64,000 nt of DNA from Bacteroidales bacterium. GTDB taxonomy: Bacteria; Bacteroidota; Bacteroidia; Bacteroidales; UBA12077. The position numbers were made by a program, and so were the translations under genes. Under the pieces are notes generated by a model, which was not told where the DNA came from, ran no database searches, and was given only the letters and a program-made list of their open reading frames with translations. The DNA lies in NCBI GenBank assembly GCA_019038645.1, contig JAHOYT010000053.1, forward strand, positions 913 through 64,912, read 5' to 3'. Each line of letters begins with the position of its first letter. Positions within the stretch are counted from its first letter, which is position 1. Shown piece by piece: positions 46,332 through 56,469 of the stretch.

Positions 46332-48464
46332 CTAGTCTTTCAAATGCTGATCCAGCCAATCGAAGAAAGTGCGCTGCCATAAAATTCCGTTTTGTGGTGT
46401 TAACACCCAATGGTTTTCTTCAGGGAAATACAAAAATCGAGCTTTAACATCCAATAAACGAGCTGAATTAAATGCTGCCATACCTTGTGTATAAGGAATC
46501 CGGAAGTCTCTTCCTCCATGAATAACCAATATTGGTGTATCCCAATTTTGTACAAATTTATCAGGAGATCCAGCATATGATTTCATTGCTATTTTGTTAT
46601 TTTTCTCCCAGGGAGCACCACCTTTTTCCCATGTATCGAAAAACATCTCTTCGGTAGTCATAAATTCCATTTCAGAATTAAAAACTCCGCAATGTGCAAT
46701 AAATGATTTAAAACGTTTGTTATGATTCCCTGCCAACCAATAAACTGAAAATCCTCCAAAACTTGCACCAACAGCACCTAATCTTTCCTCATCAATATAA
46801 GGTTCCGTTTTTACCTCGTCAATTGCCGATAAAAGATCTTTCATGGCTTGCCCACTATTATCTTTACTTATTTGATCTGTCCATTCCTGACCCATTGTTA
46901 AAACACCCCGACGATTTGGAGCTACAACAACATAATCGTTTGATGCCATAATTGAGAAATTCCAACGGTAACTCCAAAACTGACTTAACGGGGATTGTGG
47001 CCCTCCTTCACAAAATAGAATTGCAGGATATTTTTTTGTTGCATCAAAATGAGGAGGTAAAATTATCCAGGTAAGCATGTCTTTTCCGTCAGTGGTTTTT
47101 ACAAACCTTTTTTCTACCGTTGGCATTGCCAATTGATCCAGAATATGCTTATTCTCAAAACTCAACTCGGTTTCTTCGCCCGATTCAGGGTTTACGGCAT
47201 AAATTTCCTGAGGTTTTATCATAGAAACTTTAGTTCCAATAAGTTTATCTCCGGCAATTGCTACGGAATGATAATCATGCATTCCTTCTGTAATAGCCTT
47301 AATCTCTCCTGTTTCCAAATTTAACTTATGAATCTGATGTGTTGCAAAAACTCCTGCAACAAAATAAATCGATTTACTATCATCTGTCCATTGCATTCCA
47401 AACGGACTGTGATCAAAATCCTCTGAATAATCTTTCTTTTCGCCTGTTGCTAAATCAGCAATAAATAATCTTTGTTTATCAGCCTCAAACCCAGCACGTT
47501 TCATGCTTAACCAAGCCAGTTTACTTCCATCAGGGGAATAAAGTGGTTGCCAATCATAACCGGGCATTCCTTCTGTAAAATTAGTAGTTTCTTTTGTCTC
47601 CAGGTTGTACAAATAAACATCAGAATTTGTACTCAAAGAATACTCTTTACCAGATAGTTTTTTACAAGTATAAGCTACTGTTTTGCTGTCAGGACTCCAT
47701 GTAATTTCTTCGATACCACCAAAAGGCATTAGAGGCGATTCAAATGGTTCGCCATTCATAATATCAAAAGCATTCTCAATTTTTCCATTTACAATATCGC
47801 CAATAAAAATATGACTATAAGAACCATCTTCCCACACATCCCAATGGCGATACATAATATCATCGTACAATTTTGCATTAGCTAATGGTAAGTCGGAATG
47901 CATATCCTGAATATTTTTGTCAACTTTTATCTCGCTTGTAAATAGTAATTTCGTGCCATTAGGCGCCATTTTTATGTTTGTAACACCATCAGATACATCT
48001 GAAACCTGCAAGCTATTTGTTCCGTCCGGATTCATTGACCAAATTTGTAATCCGTTCCCTTTTTTAGCAGCTGCTAAATAAAAAATATTTTGGCCATCAT
48101 TTGACCAAACAGCTCCGTATTCTCCACCTGCTGTTTTAGTTATTTGGGTGGGATTACCTCCCTCCACTGAAAGTGTAAATAATTCACGATTGCTTTTATT
48201 CAATTCTTTTGAATAATAAGAAACTCCATAAAGTAAGGTTTTACCATCGGGAGAAACCTGAACATCGCCTAATCGTCCGAACGACCAAAGTACCTCAGGC
48301 GTTAAGATATCCGACCCAAGATTAAGCCCGGCTTTACTAATAATATTAACTTCCTCTTTTTGCACAGTATCTGTACAAGCTGAAATATTAATCATTAATA
48401 GTCCTGCAAATACAACATAGAATGCAGTTTTAATTTTAAATGACATAAGTTGAATCAATTTCAT
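46332..48464 (-). CDS. S9-family serine peptidase (prolyl oligopeptidase/dipeptidyl-peptidase type) lipoprotein
   Basis: Lipobox INISAC, an N-terminal beta-propeller region, and a catalytic domain with GASFGGF (Ser), GGRDFRIP (Asp) and ENHW (His). Confidence 0.85.
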   Translation of the reverse strand: MKLIQLMSFKIKTAFYVVFAGLLMINISACTDTVQKEEVNIISKAGLNLGSDILTPEVLWSFGRLGDVQVSPDGKTLLYGVSYYSKELNKSNRELFTLSVEGGNPTQITKTAGGEYGAVWSNDGQNIFYLAAAKKGNGLQIWSMNPDGTNSLQVSDVSDGVTNIKMAPNGTKLLFTSEIKVDKNIQDMHSDLPLANAKLYDDIMYRHWDVWEDGSYSHIFIGDIVNGKIENAFDIMNGEPFESPLMPFGGIEEITWSPDSKTVAYTCKKLSGKEYSLSTNSDVYLYNLETKETTNFTEGMPGYDWQPLYSPDGSKLAWLSMKRAGFEADKQRLFIADLATGEKKDYSEDFDHSPFGMQWTDDSKSIYFVAGVFATHQIHKLNLETGEIKAITEGMHDYHSVAIAGDKLIGTKVSMIKPQEIYAVNPESGEETELSFENKHILDQLAMPTVEKRFVKTTDGKDMLTWIILPPHFDATKKYPAILFCEGGPQSPLSQFWSYRWNFSIMASNDYVVVAPNRRGVLTMGQEWTDQISKDNSGQAMKDLLSAIDEVKTEPYIDEERLGAVGASFGGFSVYWLAGNHNKRFKSFIAHCGVFNSEMEFMTTEEMFFDTWEKGGAPWEKNNKIAMKSYAGSPDKFVQNWDTPILVIHGGRDFRIPYTQGMAAFNSARLLDVKARFLYFPEENHWVLTPQNGILWQRTFFDWLDQHLKD

Positions 48465-48571
48465 AATATTATCTTTAAAAATTAAATAATTATTTTTTGA
48501 TGTAAAGTATTTGTAAAATTATAGAAAGTACGGCAAAATATCAACTGGTTAAATTATAATCCTTTTTCGTT

Positions 48572-50116
48572 TTATCTCTTTCTTTTGTCTTTCTTTTTCT
48601 TAATCTTTTTATAATTTTTATCCATCTTTTTAGCCCAGTAGCAGTTTCCTTTATTCATGGAACTATATTCATTACTCATCTTCATTTCTTCTTCTTTGTT
48701 TTTTGGGCATCCAAATAATACTCCAAAGCCAAAACGGAGATTTAAGTTTCGGGCATCTAATGGTTTTATAATTCCTAAAACATTATCGCTTACCATATGA
48801 AACTGCAATCCTCGATTATGCCATGCAAGTCCCAGTCCGATGTTTTTATAAGTATTGTTTAAGTATGACCAGCTTAAGCTTGCCGAAAGTTTATTCCAGA
48901 CAGTAGTGTTTGCCGATAAGGTTAAAGAAGAATGTAACTTATTGCGATAAATCATATTGCGGTTTACAACACCTATTCCCAGTTTAGGCCTGTATTGATA
49001 CATTCCGCCCAGATAAATCTGAGTTGGTAACCACGAATAGTATTTATCTTGTGTTACGGTTTGTTCATAACTATTAAATAACGAATCTCTGATATCTAAA
49101 ATATATCCGGCGTTATTAAAACCTGTACCAAAACCAACACCTGAATAATCAAATGAACCTGTTAACTTAATATTATTTACATCGGTTTGCCAACGTATAA
49201 ATCCAAGGTCAAGAATGCTTGCCGATAATGTAATATCCTCATTATATTTGTGAATCCAACCTAAATCCAAAGCAAATCCTTTATTCTTCCCGTTCATTAA
49301 AAAACTTACATAATCGATATCGCCCATTGAAATACCTGTGATGTTTCCATCAGCATTTTGATCAATGGTCATTGGAAAAGAAGAATTAATATTAATATCA
49401 CCTTCCACTTCAAGATTAAATGTGTTAGGGTCTGTATACAAGCTCATTTCGGATTTACCAGAATATATTCCCGCCTTACCAAACAACAATTTTGCCCGTA
49501 CTCCTAAAATATTATAGGCATCCCAAACTTTCGAAACACCAAGCGAGTACTCCCGGTAATAAACCGAATGAGTTCGCAGGTTATTAAATTCAACTGTTTC
49601 TCCTAAAAACGGTGTGTTCCCCTTCCACACCAGCTCCATAATACTGCCAGGATAAGTTAATCCAATATTTACTTTTTCTGCTATGTTAAAATTTATATAA
49701 TAATCGTTTCGCCGGTAACCAATTGATATTAGATCAAGATGTAATTCTGTGCTTACCAGATTTGTTTTTTTTATGTTTTCGTAAAAACTTCCAATATCCA
49801 GAGAAGATGATCCACCACTTGTGGTAAACAGCTCGTTAAACGAAAAAGCAGAATTGCTATAATTTAATTGTGTTGAGCCAAGTACAGGAATTGCAACATA
49901 CCATTTACATTTAATCTGTATAGCAGGATTCAGTAAATTGGATTGTGGAACATCGTGCATTAAATAAAAAGTGTTATTCTGTTGAGAATAACTACTGAAA
50001 AAACTTAACAGAAATACTATTATAATAAGAATAACAGATTCCCGCTTTTGCGGGAACTTCCTCATGATTGAAAGGAATAATGACATCTTATTCTTTATTT
50101 TAGAAATTCTTTTCAA
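48572..50116 (-). CDS. Outer-membrane beta-barrel protein, PorP/SprF-like N-terminus (family uncertain)
   Basis: Signal peptide, then YSQQNNTFYLMHDVPQSNLLNPA and beta-strand periodicity. The C-terminal tail is lysine-rich (KKIKKKKDKRKR). Confidence 0.5.
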   Translation of the reverse strand: MKRISKIKNKMSLFLSIMRKFPQKRESVILIIIVFLLSFFSSYSQQNNTFYLMHDVPQSNLLNPAIQIKCKWYVAIPVLGSTQLNYSNSAFSFNELFTTSGGSSSLDIGSFYENIKKTNLVSTELHLDLISIGYRRNDYYINFNIAEKVNIGLTYPGSIMELVWKGNTPFLGETVEFNNLRTHSVYYREYSLGVSKVWDAYNILGVRAKLLFGKAGIYSGKSEMSLYTDPNTFNLEVEGDININSSFPMTIDQNADGNITGISMGDIDYVSFLMNGKNKGFALDLGWIHKYNEDITLSASILDLGFIRWQTDVNNIKLTGSFDYSGVGFGTGFNNAGYILDIRDSLFNSYEQTVTQDKYYSWLPTQIYLGGMYQYRPKLGIGVVNRNMIYRNKLHSSLTLSANTTVWNKLSASLSWSYLNNTYKNIGLGLAWHNRGLQFHMVSDNVLGIIKPLDARNLNLRFGFGVLFGCPKNKEEEMKMSNEYSSMNKGNCYWAKKMDKNYKKIKKKKDKRKR

Positions 50117-50133
50117 TATTCACTAATTTTTGA

Positions 50134-50808
50134 TCATTGATCATAGGTATCTGAAGGTCGATCCGCCAAACTCATTTTTAGTTTTACCCGAACTCCCAGT
50201 TGTAAATCAAATTTATACGCGGGATAATAGTTTATTAAAGTAGTATCAAGCGCCACATTCCTTATTGCTCCTTCAATTAATATGTTCCGAACCTGCGAAA
50301 GCTCATCAATTTTATCCTGATCAAAAATAATATCAGTTTGATTATGTGAAGAATTAATTGTTTCTCCCGTTCCGTTAACTGTTCCGGATTCAAGTATTAA
50401 CGCAGAGTCTGAAAACAGTGAATCGACAATATTATTACTTACATCAAGAAAATAAACCTGCCCGTCAACAGTATTTGGAAAACCATTATAAGTATTTACT
50501 CTGAACATAATACTTACTATTTCCTCTGAAAATTCACTTAGCTGTTGCATATCAAAAGGCATAGAATAAGTTAAAGGAATATCAACTTCTTCAGTCCAGA
50601 ACGGTAACCCTGTAACTGCGTTTATTAACAATAATAATGTGTCGAATCCGCTTTCATCATTCATTCCCAAAGAAGCATAACCAACTGCAAGGGAAAAATC
50701 CGGATTCCATTCAGAATCAGGATTGTCGAAATCTTCCGGCACATCATCTAAACAAGAATATGATAATGTGATAATTAATAGAATTGCTACAAAAAAAGAA
50801 TACTTCAT
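50134..50808 (-). CDS. Hypothetical lipoprotein
   Basis: Lipobox LSYSC. It lies 17 nt downstream of the preceding barrel gene, so it is probably co-transcribed. Confidence 0.45.
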   Translation of the reverse strand: MKYSFFVAILLIITLSYSCLDDVPEDFDNPDSEWNPDFSLAVGYASLGMNDESGFDTLLLLINAVTGLPFWTEEVDIPLTYSMPFDMQQLSEFSEEIVSIMFRVNTYNGFPNTVDGQVYFLDVSNNIVDSLFSDSALILESGTVNGTGETINSSHNQTDIIFDQDKIDELSQVRNILIEGAIRNVALDTTLINYYPAYKFDLQLGVRVKLKMSLADRPSDTYDQ

Positions 50809-51050
50809 CAGAAAAAATATACGTTCTTAAATGAATTTCTAAGTTATAAAATTTCTAACAGGAATAAATATTAAACGCATAATAAATGCCTGATAGTATA
50901 TGGGTTGTATTGAAAAATAATTAATTAAAATAAAAGCTAAAACAGTTTTGCCAGGGTTTTTAATAAATTATTTATCTTATTAACAAAGGTTAATCAATAA
51001 AGTTGCCGGCAACATACCAAATCTTAGTTTATATTTAAAATTGAAAAGTG

Positions 51051-51689
51051 ATGAAAAAATATATAAAAACCATAAAACTTGGAGGACTGGCAGGAAATTG
51101 CTACCTGATTAAAACCACAAAAGGTTTTATACTGATAATTACCGGAGAAAAAACCAGACACTTAAAGCTTGAAGAAGAACTTATTCAATTGGGTTGTACA
51201 TCTGAAAATCTGAACCTTATTATTTTCACTCATTGCAATCCTGTTGTATATAACAACTTTATGTATTTAAGTGAAAAGTACAATACAAAAATAGCTATAC
51301 ACATAATTCACGAAGCATTAGAAAATGAAAACAGAACTACATTTAGTAAAATAATCAGTGTGTTTAGGAAAATACTCTTTTCTTTTCAGAATATTAAAGA
51401 ATTAAAACCAGATCTTATTATCGACGAAGGATATAATTTGTCTGAATTTGGGTTAAATGCACGGGTTCTGTATATGCCGGGATTTTCAAACAGTTCCATT
51501 GGGATTTTAACCGATAATGGCGAGCTGTTTTGTGACGATATATTTGTCCACAACTCACCTCATCTAAATTCAACAATTGCTAATATTAAAGACAACATGA
51601 TGTGTCTTAAAATCCTTAAAAAATTCTTAATTAATATTATTTATCCTGGCCAGGGAGAACCATTTCCTTTGCAGTCATTAAATAATTAG
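51051..51689 (+). CDS. Metallo-beta-lactamase-fold protein with degenerate metal-binding motifs
   Basis: The MBL-like layout (NCYLIKT..GFILI ... LIIFTH ... YMPG ... CDD) is present. However HxHxDH is replaced by H-C-N-P-V-V and HTPGH by PGFSN. Confidence 0.55.
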   Translation: MKKYIKTIKLGGLAGNCYLIKTTKGFILIITGEKTRHLKLEEELIQLGCTSENLNLIIFTHCNPVVYNNFMYLSEKYNTKIAIHIIHEALENENRTTFSKIISVFRKILFSFQNIKELKPDLIIDEGYNLSEFGLNARVLYMPGFSNSSIGILTDNGELFCDDIFVHNSPHLNSTIANIKDNMMCLKILKKFLINIIYPGQGEPFPLQSLNN

Positions 51690-51746
51690 TTTATCAAAAC
51701 TTTTTAATAATTTTAGAAATTTCAAAATCTATAATATGCTAAGCTG

Positions 51747-52100
51747 ATGAAAACTTTAATAATTATTAATGATGCACCATACGGAACAGAGAAAGCATTT
51801 AATGCTTTACGATTGGCTAATCAAATTTTAAAAGATTTCGAAGATTCTGAAGTAACATTATTTTTAATGGCCGATGCTGCAACCTGTGTTATTCCAAACC
51901 AAAAAACGCCAAAGGGATATAACAATATTGAACGCATGTTAAAAGGATTCGTAAATAAAGCCGGAAAAATAAAGGTTTGTAAATCTTGTGCCGAAGCTCG
52001 TGGAATTGATCAACTGGAACTTGTTTCAGGTACTGAGTTAAGCACTATGAAAGAACTTGCACAGTTAACTTATGAATGCAACAAAGTAATTACTTTTTAA
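51747..52100 (+). CDS. DsrE/DsrF-like sulfur-relay family protein
   Basis: 117 aa with MKTLIIINDAPYGTEKAFNALRLA ... LFLMADA ... VCKSCAEARGI. Confidence 0.7.
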   Translation: MKTLIIINDAPYGTEKAFNALRLANQILKDFEDSEVTLFLMADAATCVIPNQKTPKGYNNIERMLKGFVNKAGKIKVCKSCAEARGIDQLELVSGTELSTMKELAQLTYECNKVITF

Positions 52101-52177
52101 AAAAGTATTCTGAGTAATATAAATAAACCCCTGCTAACACAGAGGTTTAAAATGTAATAATATAAATTCTTATACCA

Positions 52178-52993
52178 CTAGTTTTTCGTTAACACAAAGC
52201 TCCAGTATTCAAATTTGCCATTATTAAACGAATCGTAACGCGTAGATCCTTTTGTTCCTGCAAACTTTTCAAATGATTTTTGCAACATTCCAGGAATTTT
52301 TTTCTGAATAAGCTTTTCTCTTCTCTCAGTATCCAGGTCAAGCCCTTTTGCAACATTTTTTGTTATTTCCTCTGAACTGATAATATTAAAACCACAAGCC
52401 TGAAGTTTACTGCGAATTTCTTCGACTTCACGCTTTTCGATCATATCAGCAAATAAAAAATGTCCGCTTGGATTTAAAATCCTGTGCACTTCATCGAAGA
52501 AAACTTTTAAATCGGTATAACACCGTGCTGATTCAACATTAACAACAGCATCGTAAGTTTCTGCTTCGAAAGGTATTTTTTCGGCCCTGCCATGTACAAA
52601 CGACAAGCCCGGAACATCGTAAAATTCATTACAGTATTTAATAACACCCGGGGAAATATCAACACCAGTATATTTTGTGGGCTTATAGTACCTGGCAATA
52701 TAATGTGCACCGCCTCCTCTGCCGGATCCAATTTCAAGTACCTTTTTGTCTTCGAGTTTTACACTGTTTACAACGTGATCATAAAGCTGAATACAATAAC
52801 GGTTTATTTCATCATCTTTTTCCAGTTCAATAGGTTTGTCGCCATTCAGTCCTGCATATCCATAATTCATAAAATTTACAGTACTATCCTTAACGAATCT
52901 TAGTATTAAATTATGCCATATCCGCCACATAGGTCTACGTAAAGCGGTAGGAAATTCACAATAATTATCTACAAAGTTTGCCATGTAAGTCAA
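52178..52993 (-). CDS. Class I SAM-dependent methyltransferase (resembles the phthiotriol/phenolphthiotriol dimycocerosate O-methyltransferase family)
   Basis: SAM motif I is VLEIGSGRGGGA. FMNYGY ... YTGVDIS ... PGLSFVHGRAEKIPFE...DAVVNVES..CY is colinear with my memory of the Rv2952-type family. Confidence 0.75.
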   Translation of the reverse strand: MTYMANFVDNYCEFPTALRRPMWRIWHNLILRFVKDSTVNFMNYGYAGLNGDKPIELEKDDEINRYCIQLYDHVVNSVKLEDKKVLEIGSGRGGGAHYIARYYKPTKYTGVDISPGVIKYCNEFYDVPGLSFVHGRAEKIPFEAETYDAVVNVESARCYTDLKVFFDEVHRILNPSGHFLFADMIEKREVEEIRSKLQACGFNIISSEEITKNVAKGLDLDTERREKLIQKKIPGMLQKSFEKFAGTKGSTRYDSFNNGKFEYWSFVLTKN

Positions 52994-53122
52994 TTGTTTA
53001 GTTCAACCGCAATCTAAGAGAAAATAAAGAAGAACAAAAAAAAGAGGGCTGTTTGCATGTATTAAAGGGAGCAAAAGGACTAAATTGTGGCGAATGACAC
53101 ATAATTTGGGATGAGCGACATT

Positions 53123-53977
53123 CTATTCGTTAGTAGAAATTGCTTCTTTTACCTGCATCAGGTATTGCCTCGACACAGGCACTCTTTCTTCTAAGTAGTT
53201 CATTTTTAAACTATAACCACTATAGCTTCGCACTGGTTTATCAATATGTAAAATATTTACAATCCTTGTACGGTGACAACGAATAAAACTTCTCTGATCT
53301 GCTAATTGTGATTCAATGTTTTTTAAAGTGTTCCTTATTAATTTTTTTTCAACCGAATCATTTTCGAGATAATAAATTTCGGTATAGTTATCTGCTGATT
53401 TTATAGAAATAATATTTTTATACTTTAAAGTTAGTTTGTCTGATTTATTATTGGAGGTAATATCAATTTCTTCATCTTCTCCTATTTTTTCATATTCACC
53501 AATTTTTGAGAAATAGTATTTGTTTTGTTCCTGCAAAATACCAATAATACGTTCCAGTGCTCTATTCTTATACAAAATTATCAGAATTATTAACGGTAAC
53601 AGGCAAACCAAAACGATTTTAAACATGACGTAAAGAGTAAGTAAAACCAAGCCTACATACCTGATATAAAAGGCATATGACGTAGCCATCGTAACCATAA
53701 ATAATATGCTTAGAATAATAGGCGGATCACTTTCCCATTCGTTTATATTAAACCATTTAGGAATTGACAATGGCAAAAGGATAAAAACCAAACATGCTAA
53801 CAAAAAGGTTATTGCACCAAATCCGGTTACAAATAACAAACGGCTATCGTAATCAAGCATTTCAAGCGGAAAAGGTTGAAAGAACAGAATAAAAAGAAAC
53901 ACGCCAAAGCTAATCATAAACAATCTGCTCAATTCAATTTTAAAGGAATTCATTATTTGATTGTTACTATTATCCAC
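53123..53977 (-). CDS. Membrane-anchored LytTR DNA-binding domain protein
   Basis: About four TM helices, then a LytTR domain (IISIKSADNYTEIYY ... FIRCHRTRIVNILHI). There is no receiver domain. Confidence 0.8.
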   Translation of the reverse strand: MDNSNNQIMNSFKIELSRLFMISFGVFLFILFFQPFPLEMLDYDSRLLFVTGFGAITFLLACLVFILLPLSIPKWFNINEWESDPPIILSILFMVTMATSYAFYIRYVGLVLLTLYVMFKIVLVCLLPLIILIILYKNRALERIIGILQEQNKYYFSKIGEYEKIGEDEEIDITSNNKSDKLTLKYKNIISIKSADNYTEIYYLENDSVEKKLIRNTLKNIESQLADQRSFIRCHRTRIVNILHIDKPVRSYSGYSLKMNYLEERVPVSRQYLMQVKEAISTNE

Positions 53978-54138
53978 GAATGTTTTTTTATAAATAATAT
54001 TTCTTGTCAGTATTTACTAAATAAAAATACCAATAAAATTTTTATTATGATTTTGCTAAAGTTACATAAAGATTGATTATTTTCAATGATGTAGTGTTTT
54101 TTATTGCTTAAAAAAACCTTAGCCCGGTTTAAAGTATT

Positions 54139-54849
54139 CTAACTCCATCCCATTATCTCAAGCACTCTGTTAAATTCAGATTGCAATTCTGCAGTAATTA
54201 CTATTTCCTTTTTAGTTATTGGATGTATAAATTCTAATTCAAGGGCATGCAACATCATGGTATTCATATTCCATCTTTCTTTAAACAATCTGTTTTGCTT
54301 GTTACAACCATGAGGGCGATCTCCGATTATCGGATGCATAATATGCGCAAAATGTTTACGGATTTGATGCATACGACCGGTCTGTGGCATAATCTCAACT
54401 AATGAATAACGCGATGTTTCAAATTTTCCGAAAGGGATATCCAACTCTGTTTTTTTAATTGTCCTAAAGTTTGTAATTGCTTCCTGAGTTTTACCTTTAA
54501 AGTTCGTAAGCGGATAGTCAATTATTCCTGAATCTTCGGTATAACCACGTACAATCGCAATGTATTTTTTCTTAATCTGATTTGCAGCAAATTGTTGCTG
54601 CATAAAACGATTTGCTTCTTCATTTAAAGCAAAAAGTAAAACACCCCCTGTTTTACGATCAATCCTGTGACAAGGGTATACATACATCCCTAACATGTCT
54701 CTGAGCTTCTGAACTGCGTATTCATCAGCTATACCAGAATATTCCGATCGGTGAACCAGTAATCCGTGAGGTTTATTAATTGCAACGAGATATTCATCTC
54801 TGTATATAATTTCCAGATTAGCTTTTTTCATATCAGGCATTAAAATCAA
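54139..54849 (-). CDS. RluA-family pseudouridine synthase (TruC-like, no S4 domain)
   Basis: YLVAINKPHGLLVH, HRIDRKTGGVLLFA (catalytic Asp) and GRMHQIRKHFAH. The true start may be one of the internal Met codons near the N-terminus. Confidence 0.85.
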   Translation of the reverse strand: MILMPDMKKANLEIIYRDEYLVAINKPHGLLVHRSEYSGIADEYAVQKLRDMLGMYVYPCHRIDRKTGGVLLFALNEEANRFMQQQFAANQIKKKYIAIVRGYTEDSGIIDYPLTNFKGKTQEAITNFRTIKKTELDIPFGKFETSRYSLVEIMPQTGRMHQIRKHFAHIMHPIIGDRPHGCNKQNRLFKERWNMNTMMLHALELEFIHPITKKEIVITAELQSEFNRVLEIMGWS

Positions 54850-54987
54850 AAGTACATCTTTATCACGAAATCAGTTTAACTTAAACCGCTAATTGTAATA
54901 ATAAAAATCTACAACGATTATTCCGCTAACCGATGCTTTTTATGTAAAGTTTCATTAATTTTATACTCCTTATAAAATCATTATAAA

Positions 54988-56028
54988 ATGAAAGCATCAA
55001 GGATTACCAATAGCTTACTTATTTCTTTTGCTGTAGTTGTAATATTTATTTATGGCAAGAATCTGATACTCCCGTTTGTGGTAGCACTTATTTTCTGGTT
55101 TCTTATAAAAGAAATCCGTGATGTACTTAACAAAATAAGATTTGTTGATGAGAAAATTCCAAATACTGTTTTAAATATTATTGGTTTTGCAGCTATTTTT
55201 GCCATAATTGGTGGTGTTGCAAAAATACTTACACTTAACATTCAGCAATTATCGTCTGAATTGCCTGTATACCAGAATAATATTACCAAAATAACTGAAG
55301 CAATAAATACAAATTTTAGTATTGATATTGTTAGTGCCGTTAAAGAATTTCTGGGCGAATACGAATACGCAAATTTGCTTTCGGTTCTTTTCAACTCATT
55401 AACAGATTTATTCGGAGATGCTTTTCTGATAATTATTTATACTTTATTCCTGTTATTGGAAGAACCATTCTTTTCTAAAAAAATTAAAGCTATTTATGTA
55501 AAGCAGGAAGATCTCAAAGAAGTTAATCAGGTGCTGGCACAAATTGATAAATCAATTGGTCGTTATCTTTCACTTAAAACATTAATTAGTTTATTAACCG
55601 GATTTTTAAGTTATTTCGCTCTGTTATTTATCGGGATTGATGCTCCGCTCTTCTGGGCCTTTCTTATTTTCCTTATGAACTATATTCCCGCTGTTGGATC
55701 GCTTATCGCAACTGCATTCCCTACTATGTTCGCAATGTTACAGTTTGGAGAACTTATGCCTGGAATCTGGGTTTTAATTGTTGTTGGTGCTATTCAGCTT
55801 GTAGTTGGCAATTATATTGATCCTAAATTAACCGGAAGTTCGCTAAATGTAAGCCCATTAGTAGTACTAATTGGATTAGCATTCTGGGGTGCAATATGGG
55901 GAATAATTGGAATGATATTAAGTGTTCCTATTACTGTAATGATGATTGTTGTTTTTTCAGAGTTTCCTAATACAAAAGGAATTGCTATTTTACTTACCAA
56001 GGACGGAAAAATATTAAAAAACAATTAG
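54988..56028 (+). CDS. AI-2E family transporter (PerM-like permease)
   Basis: Multi-TM protein with NYIPAVGS ... GNYIDPKL ... L.PL.VL...FWG..WG..GM.LSVPIT. Confidence 0.85.
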   Translation: MKASRITNSLLISFAVVVIFIYGKNLILPFVVALIFWFLIKEIRDVLNKIRFVDEKIPNTVLNIIGFAAIFAIIGGVAKILTLNIQQLSSELPVYQNNITKITEAINTNFSIDIVSAVKEFLGEYEYANLLSVLFNSLTDLFGDAFLIIIYTLFLLLEEPFFSKKIKAIYVKQEDLKEVNQVLAQIDKSIGRYLSLKTLISLLTGFLSYFALLFIGIDAPLFWAFLIFLMNYIPAVGSLIATAFPTMFAMLQFGELMPGIWVLIVVGAIQLVVGNYIDPKLTGSSLNVSPLVVLIGLAFWGAIWGIIGMILSVPITVMMIVVFSEFPNTKGIAILLTKDGKILKNN

Positions 56029-56046
56029 ATTCTGATTGCTGAATTA

Positions 56047-56448
56047 TTAATACTCATCTTCGGACAGGAATCTGATCTTGTCCAGTTTTTTTAATATTAA
56101 ATATCCGAAAACTGACCCGGCAATATAATATGGAAAATCACTCCATGTAAATGAATTGCCAATAATGGTTTGTCCAATAAAATTTGATCTGATTATTTCT
56201 AAAAAAAAATTGTCTAACAATTGGACAAACTCCAGTACACAAGTTACACTAAACACCCAAATTGCAATTTTAACTGGCTTTGATTTTGGTAAAATAATAT
56301 AAAATACCAAACACCAGAATATTTCATAAAGTACACCGCCAAATTTATTGTTTATCCACTCATGTCCTGATCCCGAGTAAAGTTTTGTGTAAAATCCAAC
56401 AGGGACAAGAATAAGGAGAACAATTATCGCGTATACTTTATTTTTCAC
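56047..56448 (-). CDS. Small multi-TM protein (DUF2809-like)
   Basis: 133 aa with four hydrophobic helices and a WSDFPYYIAG motif. The family assignment is tentative. Confidence 0.5.
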   Translation of the reverse strand: MKNKVYAIIVLLILVPVGFYTKLYSGSGHEWINNKFGGVLYEIFWCLVFYIILPKSKPVKIAIWVFSVTCVLEFVQLLDNFFLEIIRSNFIGQTIIGNSFTWSDFPYYIAGSVFGYLILKKLDKIRFLSEDEY

Positions 56449-56469
56449 TGTTTTTAAAATATCCCCTAT

